Below are positions 1 to 11,100 of a stretch of DNA of 19,455 nt, piece by piece. The notes beneath the pieces were generated by a model. The model saw only the letters and a list, made by a program, of their open reading frames with translations. It searched no databases and had not been told where the DNA came from. This DNA comes from Ginkgo biloba (Eukaryota; Plantae; Ginkgophyta). Each line of letters begins with the position of its first letter. The stretch's first letter is position 1. The stretch is taken from contig JANKJI020000004.1 of NCBI GenBank assembly GCA_024626585.2, positions 91,516,133 through 91,535,587 of the forward strand, read 5' to 3'. A program made the position numbers and the translations under genes.

Positions 1-190
1 CACTGGTGCAAAAAGAATGAGAAACTAATGTAGAAGTCGTGCCTAAAATAGAAAATGCAGAGGAAACATTTGCCATTGAGGAAAGTATATCTTGGAAACA
101 ACGTGATGCATGAGTTAAGCAATGAAGAGTGAACAAGTAAAGGGGCAACGATTTGAACCAAAGAAGAAGGAGAAACACAGGATTGGGACC

Positions 191-621
191 TGTTATAATA
201 TTAATGTTTTCCCTCTTGTTAATCTAAAAATGGTATGTATCCTACTTTTATAAAAGTTGAGAGAAGTTAGAAAGTTCTATAGAGGTAGATGACTTCCCCA
301 TGTTTTTTAATATTGCAATGGGTGAGTAGTTGGAGAAAGGATGGTAAACATTTAATGAGGAACCTTCCATCCTTTGTTATAAATATGTATTGTTGCTCCT
401 CATTCTAGACTGGTGAATTGAGGAAGCTTGTGGTCAAGTGTGGAGCAACTCTTGTTTGAGAGTATGATCTCTCATGTTGTAAGTTCATAGTATTGTAATT
501 ATGCTTTGCATTATCTAATAGATGTTTCATCTTGTTGACATGGTTTCAACTGTTTTGCTATGAGAATGCTTCCTCCCTTTTCCTTTTTCTTACATGATAT
601 CAGAGTATCAATTTATTAACA
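191..621 (+). mobile_element. Putative 5' LTR of an LTR retrotransposon (copia-like by structure)
   Basis: Begins TGTTATAA (191) and ends TATTAACA (621), an imperfect terminal inverted repeat. TATAAATA at 378-385. Immediately followed by a PBS. The left boundary is less certain than the right. Confidence 0.7.
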
Positions 622-639
622 TGGTATTAGAGCCAGGTT
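622..639 (+). promoter_or_regulatory. Primer-binding site complementary to the 3' end of initiator tRNA-Met
   Basis: TGGTATTAGAGCCAGGTT versus canonical plant TGGTATCAGAGCCAGGTT (one C>T mismatch), directly after the LTR-terminal CA. Confidence 0.88.
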
Positions 640-1645
640 GCTTGTTGTTGAGATGTTTTGCAGATTGCAAGTTTCTTATTATGAAGAAGTTGCTTGATGT
701 TGAGAAAACTTTATGGAAGAATGAGAATGTGATTTTCTCATTTGTATTTATGCTCATCTCTTGTTTTAGCCTAAATGATGCTTGAACTATGATTGTCTAA
801 TGAAGACATGGTGATAATATTGGTGAAATTATAAATCTTGCTTGATGTTGAGTTGTTGAAGATGGTTTTGGTAGATTATGAAAGTATGATTCTCTCATTC
901 TTTTTTATTGCTCATCTCTATCTTTATTCTTATGGATGTGAGATCTATGTATGCTGCAAAATTTCTTAGCTAATGTGGCTGAGAAGAGGCTTGAGACAAG
1001 CCTATGAAGTGGTGCCATGAAGGCATTGAAGAAAAGTTATCTTTGGAGAAGAAGTGTGTTGCCAAATACATTGAAGATGTGAAGCATGACAATTGTTTCA
1101 AGGGTAGGCGATGCTGATGCAAAAGCACAGTTGACAGAAGGTGGTTTCAAATAGAGTAAAAAGAGGCGGTTATCAAAGTTGTTGCAAAGGTCGCCAAAAA
1201 TGCTATGAAGCTATTGTGGATGAAATGAGTTGGACGCTAAATATTGTTGGGCGGTGGATCCTTGGAAAAGGTGCAAACGACCCTGACATTTGTTGCACAT
1301 CAACGTCTGGTTTGGTTGCATGCTTCATTTGAGCCATTGCATTCCATATTCAAGGTGGTGAGGCAGTTCAAAGCCTGTCTAAAGTGGTTGCAGAGGTGTT
1401 TCTTCATAGGCGGTGAGGCGGTCCAGATCCCAAGGGAGATGACAGAAGGCGGTGTCCACGAGGAACCCCAATCGGTGCAGTGCAGACCTGAAGTGTCATG
1501 GCATGGATCGATGTTCTACAAACACTTTTAGGCGGTGCAGCAGGCGGCGAACGAAGGTGGTGCAATCTGCCATAAAAAAATAATAATATTTTTTTTGTAA
1601 TGTTACAAAAATTAACATGTCCGACTGTTAAGGATTTTTTTTTAT
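640..1645 (+). mobile_element. Non-coding internal leader of the LTR element; no recognisable gag
   Basis: Follows the PBS. Contains a degenerate ~150 bp duplication (~690-790 vs ~838-950) and recurrent GGCGGT motifs. Ends at an assembly gap. Confidence 0.45.
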
Positions 1646-3095
1646 NNNNNNNNNNNNNNNNNNNNNNNNNNNNNNNNNNNNNNNNNNNNNNNNNNNNNNN
1701 NNNNNNNNNNNNNNNNNNNNNNNNNNNNNNNNNNNNNNNNNNNNNTGCTCGCCACTTAGAATAATTGATTTTGTTGATCATACATCATTAGTATCACCCA
1801 GTGGTTGCACTTCCACCCACATCAGTGTATCTTGTTGTGTAAACCCAACATTTGGGTTCCCAATGCAGACTGCCTTGGTCACTCGCTACATACAAAAAAT
1901 ATTTTTGTTTCAAATAAGATCAACTTCTATAGATTCCAACGAATCATTGAAATCATTGGGAAGCTTCGCCTTGGCCTTCATCACAAAAAGATGATTGAGA
2001 CTTCGTATTGTTGCATCTAGAGACTACACATTTGCATCCCCACATATATTTTTTATGATGCTTCAACGTATCTATGGCAGTACCCTCTTTCGGTTGGTCT
2101 ACACAAAACTCCATCAATAACCATAGTAACTTTGCAAGTACTTTGGTCCATTGTCTATACTTTGATGCCCTCCAATGCTTCTTTCTTATGTCCAAAACTA
2201 ATCAATCATTTGGATCGATCCTAGTAGTGATTATTGTTATGCACATGCCTTTTGTGCCTATTATATCTAGACTACACATGGATTGCACATATATTGCATA
2301 GTTTGCATCATGATGGCCCATAAAGAGAGTGAACACGATTCACCGCAAATGTGATACAATTATGGCATGATGCAACAAAAGAAGCAGAGGGGTCAAACGA
2401 GGATAGTAAAGAGTGTTAACATATACAAAGCTTTAACGCATAGCATTTGGGAATGGATTATTTCTCGTGTCCTTAGTATTCACTCTACCCTCAACCAAAG
2501 AAGGCCAATGGTCATGCCTTAGAACGCATCTCCACCAATGTGGAATGTACGCCCAGGAAGTGAACCAAAGAATTCAAAGTGAATGACGTCTCTTCATTCC
2601 ATCCCAATGTCTCCTTACAAAACATGAATTTTCTTTTATGTCATAATTTGAGAGGTTACTGAAGAAACTACCTTGTAATCAGCAATGGCTTCCTTTGTTA
2701 TTTTTTATCATAACGGACATGCTTGCACTTTAGTGGCAAGTGACTTCATGTCAACTAATAGAAAGATACCCACACTTAAGATGCAAGTGATTTTCTATCA
2801 TTTTTTGAACAATCAAGTTGCAGGCAAAACTGGGCAAAATCCATACAGATTCAGCCTTTGGTCAAAGAAGAAAAATTGTAGCATTTTCTGTTAGCTTTAA
2901 AACAAGCCCAAGAAGACGAAAAATGGAGCTACAGTTTGCAACTTATGGTCAAAATCGTGATGGTCTATCATATAGAGGAAGAAATGAAGAGATGTNNNNN
3001 NNNNNNNNNNNNNNNNNNNNNNNNNNNNNNNNNNNNNNNNNNNNNNNNNNNNNNNNNNNNNNNNNNNNNNNNNNNNNNNNNNNNNNNNNNNNNNN

Positions 3096-3212
3096 TGGCA
3101 AGGAAAAGGCATGAAGTGTTTTTGGGTCTTCAAATTTGTGGGATAGGGAATTTGCAATTACATTCTCCTTGCCCCGTATCCAAAAACATTGATATGTTAG
3201 TATTGTAACCCA
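3096..3212 (-). mobile_element. Ty3/gypsy pol fragment (RNase H C-terminus), decayed
   Basis: WVTILTYQCFWIRGKENVIANSLSHKFED matches the gypsy consensus WxxxLxxYxFxIxYxxGKENVVADALSR. Confidence 0.72.
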
Positions 3213-5071
3213 AGCCATGTACATTGCAATTACATAGTGAAGCATAGTATACATGAGACACGAAACCACATTGGCTTGTCATAACATTTTGCATGAAATC
3301 CAGTAGGTTCTGACTCAATGTCACAACTAAAGATGTGATCATATTTTCTTCTTGGTCATCTCCCATGGTCTAGGGACTCCTAAAATTAAATGAAACCACC
3401 AAATGTCACGTGATGCCTAAAACTAATATACCACTACCATTAATGATTTCAAACACAAGCTATCCACCTAGCTTTTGATAACTAATATCATATCATGAAA
3501 GCATCTAAAAGTAATCCTATTTAAGAAACTCTTGCAATATATCTCTTAAATTCCACTACTCATTATCTCTTCTACAAATGTCAGAGGTATCTAGATACAT
3601 CCAGCTAAAGAAAGCATCAAAGTCCAAGCAATGTTAACTGCCTACCAATTTTTAATATAAAAATGTCAATCTTTATAATTTTCATTCAGACTCCAGCACC
3701 CAAATACTTACACCAACAACCTCAGAAGTATGTAAACTTTTGAAAAAGACTATCACCTAAACACTTATACCAGCAACATATAAAAGTATCCAATAAAAAG
3801 CCCTAGAGATATATCCGGAGACAGGGAGCTGACCATTCTTATTTACATTGTAAGAATAGGAGCATACTACATTTGTCACTTCATCTCCTCCAAGCACGAA
3901 CAATTAAAGCATTTCTATCAGCCACGTCCTGATTTTAGGAGAACACCATGGAACAATTGTTACACGTTTGGAGCAATAAGTGTGGGGGAAAACTCACTTA
4001 AAAATTGTTTTCGACTGTTTCTGGGTGTCAATTTTAGCCTGCAATAGGAATTAAAGATGCTCTACCATTTATTCCCAAATCAAGAGTGAATTGTGCAATG
4101 TGAGAAGTGTATTAAACAAGTATTAACTTTAGGAAGAGAGTTTCCCTGACAACAAGTAGATCATTAAGCAAGCATATCAAGCACATCTTCACCTTATGAT
4201 AGCTTTAAACTTTTACAGACTATCAAATATGATCTGACAACAGCCTAGTATGTGTAAAGGTTTGCACTCTCCTCAAGTACTAGTCATAAAAATAGTGATA
4301 GCACTGATTGTAGTCCTATTCTTTTTCTTCTTGTTCATCCACTTTAGGTTTATAGGTTTGATTTTATGTGATTTCTTCTTAAGTATCTTTCCCCTGGATT
4401 TCTTCATGCATTTTTTTTTCACTTATTAGTCTACANNNNNNNNNNNNNNNNNNNNNNNNNNNNNNNNNNNNNNNNNNNNNNNNNNNNNNNNNNNNNNNNN
4501 NNNNNNNNNNNNNNNNNNNNNNNNNNNNNNNNNNNATGGTTAATTATAAAACTAATAATATATAAGAATAAACGTTAAACTTAATAAGTTTTAAAATTAT
4601 TATATATATGGATGGGTGGATGGATTGTTAAACACTTTAACTTTGTATTAGTCCCTTTTCTTTTTACAAATGAATATAATTTATTATGCCATTGACCTAT
4701 AATATTTATATATGGATCAATGGATTTTACTTTTTATAAGATTATTTTATATATGTTAGTCCTTTACTCTTAGCAAATCATTTTCACAAGTATTCTATTC
4801 TAATATTTCCATTCTTGGGGAGTGATTAGCCATATGCCCATTGAAATAAGTAAAATCCGGATTTCCCTCCATTTGGAAAGGAACAATACTCTATGGTTAC
4901 ATTATAACAGAACCAGGCTAGGATGTTTCCGACTCTTGACCATGCACCTATGACATCAAAATTGAAACAAGCTCCATTTCGAGGTGATATTACATCTGAA
5001 GTAGAAGAATTATAAAATTATACAATCAAACTGCTCTTGCATGCCTCTACATGTGGTCAATATATAGTTAT

Positions 5072-5197
5072 TTAGTCTGCAGCATCAGAAGGTGAAGGTG
5101 ACTCCAAATTGGCAGATTTCATCGCAGCTCTAGTAGCACGCAGCCTTTCCTGGGACCTCTTGCTTGCTTCAAAATTTGCCTTCCGGTTTATAGCTTT
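5072..5197 (-). CDS. CMC2: CMC2 terminal coding exon (KAINRKANFEASKRSQERLRATRAAMKSANLESPSPSDAAD*)
   Basis: Acceptor tggcag|AAA, 41 codons plus TAA at 5074-5072. KAxxRKxNFExSKxxxERL matches the C-terminal helix of plant Cmc1-like proteins. Confidence 0.93.
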   Translation of the reverse strand, partial: KAINRKANFEASKRSQERLRATRAAMKSANLESPSPSDAAD

Positions 5198-8100
5198 CTG
5201 CCATTCGAGAAACATCAAGAGCAATGATCATGAAAAGGTCTCTTTGACAAAGGGAATCAAGTGTTTAATAAGATGATTAAAAATGATTTTGATGTCCATG
5301 AAAATAATCACACCACAAGTAAACACCCAAACTTACTTCCTGACGAAAGCAACGATCAAGCTTTATCTTCAGCTCAGTACATTCACCCCAAAATTTTGCA
5401 ATGGGATGGTCCAGGTGACATTTCTGGAACTCTTCTATGATCTACAAAAAAATTCAATGCACTTTTAGGCAGCTTCTACTAAGGTGCATACTTTAAGACT
5501 ACAAGATATGTGATTATTTTTGTGTTTTCAAACTCCCACAGCATCTTCATACATTACTGTAGGAGGTTCAACGGACAAACTTGCAATATGTTTTTTGTTT
5601 TTAATCCACCCAAACTGAATCAAAGATGCTCAAATAAATAGAACAAAAACGCTTTGGAAGCCATAAAAATAATCAGAAATACATATGCCTCAAGAAACAC
5701 ATTAGCATACAGGGGTAGCTTTATGAAAACACCTTTCATCTAATTATGTAATTAGGTTCCCCAACGTAAGCTCTTCCTCGGCTACAATGACACAAAACTG
5801 GAATTTACCCTACTCTACAACCATGGAATCAACTGGAAAAATGGAGAACTTTCCACTTGCCCCTTGACATTTCCCACCTGAATGAGACTGCACAGCTTCC
5901 TAGCCCATCCAATATTATCCTACTTTTAAGAACTTTCACATTCAGATTTGGGTCAAATCACTTTAATCCCAGCAAGTTTGCATGGTGCTAATTGACATTA
6001 TTTACTGGAAGAATGCTCTTCACACGATTTGGTTTCATTTTCCATAGAAACTTGTGTTTGCCTCTTGAATGAAGATGCACATCTTCCCACCCCTCATGCT
6101 GATGCCCTACTTTGGGGAGACAAATTTTTCTTTCAGCTTTGGTCAAGTCATTCAAGCTGTCAGTGAGTTTGCCATGTATTAGTTGATACTAGTCATTGTA
6201 TGCTGGTTCATGTTGTGCCGATGGACTTCGTCTTGCTATTATGGAGTTGAGTTCTAGTTTCTGTCCTGCGTAATTTCAATTCACAAGCTCATAATTGGTT
6301 CACTCAGACTTGACATGTTTTGCAATTTTGTACTTTGGTAAAATCCTTCCCATGCAAGGTGCTGCAATAACTTAGTAATAAATTATAAAAGATGCAATAA
6401 CTTAGTAATAAATTATAAAAGATGTGAATTAGGATTTGTGGCAGAAGGATCAAGTGTAAATCAATCCCCAATCTATGCAACACGCTGCTTGAAAAGCCAT
6501 TCTTGCAACACATCCAAATATTCATCCCCAAGGTCTCCTCTCCAAACTGAAGATTTCAGATCTATGTCAAACGTAGATGTATAAATTCTGGATTTTGTGA
6601 AACAAATGTACAAGATGTATAAGAATTTAGAAATACCACTCAAGGCAGGGCTTCATTTGCCATTCGGTAAGTATTATCCCCTCAAAAAGTTGCCATCTCA
6701 TTTACAGCCAAGTAAAAACACCTATCAGCATTATTCAGCCACAAAAAGAAGCCTGCATCATCTGAAAACCAATATAATAGAATATAGATGAGACAACCAC
6801 TGCATTACACAGTTGAACCTTCCAGCCGTCATGTGGCAATATTAACTGCATAGTACTTGGGAGCTCCAATGGTCAGAGTAAGAGCATTTACCACTTGATG
6901 CAGATGTGTGAATTTCCCTAAGCCATTGTATCACATCCATCTCCAACTTCATCACTCTATATGAGTTCACTCCTCAGCACAACAAATAGCAGAGAGTAAC
7001 AATTCCCCATGCCACAGGGGCCTGACAATTTGAGACTAAGCCACTACAAAATTATCATTGGAATTTAAACAAATTAAACAGAAAGGAAAATACAAAAGTG
7101 CGCTGACATTGTTTGAAGCCTTTAGTCCAGATCCGCATATCCTCTATCAGCAAAACTTTTCAGGAAGGGACTTGTGCATAACACCCAATAAACATGAGTA
7201 ACAGCCAACAAATTCNNNNNNNNNNNNNNNNNNNNNNNNNNNNNNNNNNNNNNNNNNNNNNNNNNNNNNNNNNNNNNNNNNNNNNNNNNNNNNNNNNNNN
7301 NNNNNNNNNNNNNNNNNNNNNNNNNNNNNNNNNNNNNNNNNNNNNNNNNNNNNNNNNNNNNNNNNNNNNNNNNNNNNNNNNNNNNNNNNNNNNNNNNNNN
7401 NNNNNNNNNNNNNNNNNNNNNNNNNNNNNNNNNNNNNNNNNNNNNNNNNNNNNNNNNNNNNNNNNNNNNNNNNNNNNNNNNNNNNNNNNNNNNNNNNNNN
7501 NNNNNNNNNNNNNNNNNNNNNNNNNNNNNNNNNNNNNNNNNNNNNNNNNNNNNNNNNNNNNNNNNNNNNNNNNNNNNNNNNNNNNNNNNNNNNNNNNNNN
7601 NNNNNNNNNNNNNNNNNNNNNNNNNNNNNNNNNNNNNNNNNNNNNNNNNNNNNNNNNNNNNNNNNNNNNNNNNNNNNNNNNNNNNNNNNNNNNNNNNNNN
7701 NNNNNNNNNNNNNNNNNNNNNNNNNNNNNNNNNNNNNNNNNNNNNNNNNNNNNNNNNNNNNNNNNNNNNNNNNNNNNNNNNNNNNNNNNNNNNNNNNNNN
7801 NNNNNNNNNNNNNNNNNNNNNNNNNNNNNNNNNNNNNNNNNNNNNNNNNNNNNNNNNNNNNNNNNNNNNNNNNNNNNNNNNNNNNNNNNNNNNNNNNNNN
7901 NNNNNNNNNNNNNNNNNNNNNNNNNNNNNNNNNNNNNNNNNNNNNNNNNNNNNNNNNNNNNNNNNNNNNNNNNNNNNNNNNNNNNNNNNNNNNNNNNNNN
8001 NNNNNNNNNNNNNNNNNNNNNNNNNNNNNNNNNNNNNNNNNNNNNNNNNNNNNNNNNNNNNNNNNNNNNNNNNNNNCTAGCTTTACTCGACGAATTGCAG

Positions 8101-11100
8101 TGCGAAGTTGAGTGGGGATATGTGTGTGCTTCTGATGACTGAAGCGTTTTACTGCTAAAAACTGTGTAATTCATCTAAAATCTGGGTCGCATAGGCCATC
8201 CACTCAAATCCCAAGAGAAGAAGGATCGAACGAGCTAATGCAGTATGCCTATGCAATGGCTTGTTGATCCTGTCGAGCTTCTAAAGGAACTTCTAGACCA
8301 TCATATGGTAAGCCTGTGACCTCACGAATAGCTGCCTTGGAATTCTATAAGTGATCACGCTGATGTATCACCATGCCAATGGTTGAAATAACGCTCGCCT
8401 GGTCATAAAACAAAGGTGGCATCATAAGAAACTCAACCAAACCTGCTTGCTCCAAACTTTGCAATCGATTATGCTCTGGCCTGTACATGGAGAATTCGGA
8501 ATGATGCTCTGGAATATCGTGTTCTCGGATATAAATGCATAGACAAGANNNNNNNNNNTTTGCTGGGCCATGTGCACTGCTTGTTGGTTGACTACTCAGT
8601 TTTTCTAACATTACTCAATGGAATTACAACAGAGTAGGTGGAAACGAGCACCTTAATGTAGTAAGGTGATGATCCTCACAAGAAGGGTGGCGATCGTGGG
8701 AATGAAGTCCCCTTTATTGTCATTATAACTATATGCATCATTTTGAATTGATAACTTTACTTTTCCAAGTTGTGGCTAATGTTAGCGGTCGCTTGGCTTG
8801 TGGTCATTTTGTTTCAATTCAATCATGGTCACTTCTTCCAGTCGTTTGGTAGAGACAATCGTTCATAGGTTGGAACCATTTTCTTGGAGCAATTGCTAGT
8901 TTTATTGATTATTCCTCCTAGATATATAGTTACTATTTCTTTTATTCAGATGTATTTAGTTATTAGTATTATACACACACACATATATATATTCCTTTTC
9001 CAGTTTTTTCTTTTTTTAATCGTTCATAAGAAATAGTTTTGTCAGTCATTAAACAATGTATGGTTGAAGCTGACCACCATTGNNNNNNNNNNNNNNNNNN
9101 NNNNNNNNNNNNNNNNNNNNNNNNNNNNNNNNNNNNNNNNNNNNNNNNNNNNNNNNNNNNNNNNNNNNNNNNNNNNNNNNNNAGACCTTCTTTTGCATTG
9201 TTTGAGTCAATTTTAACCCTTCATAAGTCTCTTTTGATCCGTCTTTCCTGGTCTGTGACAAGCCACAAACTCTTTCTTTGAGTAGTTTAATAGAATTTGT
9301 CGAATCGAGTTGTCGGTGTTCCTCCTTTGCTCTGTGCTTCGACTTCGAAGTTCTCCTTAGTATGATTGGGTGTGCTCTCCCTAAATGCCTCGGATCTAGA
9401 TTCACTCAATGAGTCAAGTAATACATTAATAGGTCACAAAGATTGTTGATGAGAACTTAGGGATCACCATTATGAAAGTTATAGTTTTATTCAACTTTCT
9501 TTACAGTTTGATTTCTTCAAGCTAACTTTTACGGAAATGAATTCCCACGAGTTAGGATAGAAGGATTCAAACCCAAGAGTGTGTTGCTATGAAATTAGTG
9601 ATCGGGCTTGCTTTTGCAAGGTGTTTATTCAACATTTGTTGTTGTGCACAACTCTTGATAGATCAAGAAACAAGAATTCATCCAATCAAATTATTTCCAT
9701 CATAAGCAATTAGGCTTATTTCCTTTTGCTTTGTTATAGTTTAATTTGAAAACACACAAATAAAAAATTTGTACATCTCAAAACCAAAAGAAAGTAAAAA
9801 GAGAACTAAAAACCTAAATTTATTTAGATACACCTGTCTAAAGACCTCTTTCCCATTTCAATCAATCACTTGCACCATTCATCCACCCATTGGTTAATGA
9901 CCACAACTGGGGTTAGGGCTTTCCCAAACCCTTTCTAGATCAATGCGACCATGCATAATTGTTACTTGCAAAACTCAAATAGATCCAATCACCAACATGA
10001 TCAACAACCATCTTTTCTAGCTTGCATGTTTTCTTGGAATTTCATAAAACTATTACTCCTTCAAAGGAGCCCCTGTTGGTACTATTACATGGGCCACTTG
10101 GTGCCATACTTGCTTGGCAACCCACTCTCCTTCATCCATAGATAATTTGGATTCTTGGATAATTAGAACATCAATGGACCATCTCCTTCTAATGATTGCT
10201 AATTCTTGTTTTTTCCTTGGTTTTTGGGACCCGAGTCCTCTAGGGTCTCATGAGAGGACTCAAACAAATTTTCTTCTTCCACTACTGGGTCTGAGGATGA
10301 GGTATGCTCATGCCCTTAAAACCTTTTGTCTTCTTCTTCAACTATTGACGCTTGCATGATTAGTGCCTTCCAAGCTAGTGAATTCATTTTTATCTGAATT
10401 TCTAGACACTGAATAACTGCTTTCATATTTTAACTGAATAGGGAGCTCCTTGGCACTCATTAGAGTTCCAATCAATATCTATTGGGAAAGGGATGNNNNN
10501 NNNNNNNNNNNNNNNNNNNNNNNNNNNNTTTTATAGTTTCCTGAAGAATTGAGTCTTTCCTTTGCCTAATTCAAATTGGTTGTGATTGTTTGGCAAAGAA
10601 TTCTATAGTAAGGTGGGGATTGTAGATGGCGATTTTCCTTTCCTTTGGCCACCTCCCAATTACTGTTGTCTTCCTCTATAGGGCCTCCCTCTTCCTTTTC
10701 TCATTTCCCGAATTTCTTTAGCTCAAAAACCAGTTCTTACCTGTTCTTTTGATACTTATTTTTCCTTTGGCCTGCTTTGTAGGATGATCCTGCTTAGGGT
10801 CAGTTATCTTAACACTTGTTGATTTCTTAGGAACCCAATTCTTTACCAAAAGATTGGCATACTGCAAAGAACTTGGTTTCTAAAGTCCAGCTTAGAAGAG
10901 GATTGATTAATTTATATTCTAGGAGAGCCTCCTTTTTCCCATAGATCTTATCCATAGTGAGCAACTGAGTTTCTACCTGAGAATTATGTTGCCCTAGAGA
11001 GGGAGCTAGATTGCTCTAATTTAGATTCCTTTCGTCTAGTTTTGGACATTTGTGCTTTTGATGATCTGTTGCATGATAGAATCTATATCTCAATTAAATA

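Noticed and set aside
1746-2600. Possible decayed TE coding sequence on the minus strand
   Set aside because: Only a vague resemblance to a LINE RT C-terminal region; no diagnostic motif.
3900-4045. Minus-strand acceptor-like attgcag followed by a short frame, a candidate alternative terminal exon
   Set aside because: The peptides (AKIDTQKQSKTIFK* or LKLTPRNS...) resemble nothing I recognise, and the segment is separated from CMC2 by an unsized gap.
5283-5468. 61-aa plus-strand ORF
   Set aside because: Antisense shadow of CMC2 exon 2.
7122-8174. Long ORFs of 350 and 305 aa in the track, and similar X-filled ORFs at 1404, 2818-3269, 9039, 12923-13535, 15261 and 17051
   Set aside because: Artefacts of translating through N gaps; several gaps are exactly 100 N, i.e. 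unsized.
9183-9830. LTR-like non-coding segment adjoining the LINE breakpoint
   Set aside because: Composition is suggestive, but no termini, PBS, PPT or TSD could be defined.
9825-9850. LDRC peptide on the minus strand resembling part of CMC2 exon 2
   Set aside because: Four-residue chance match followed by a stop; the true exon is at 5337-5441.
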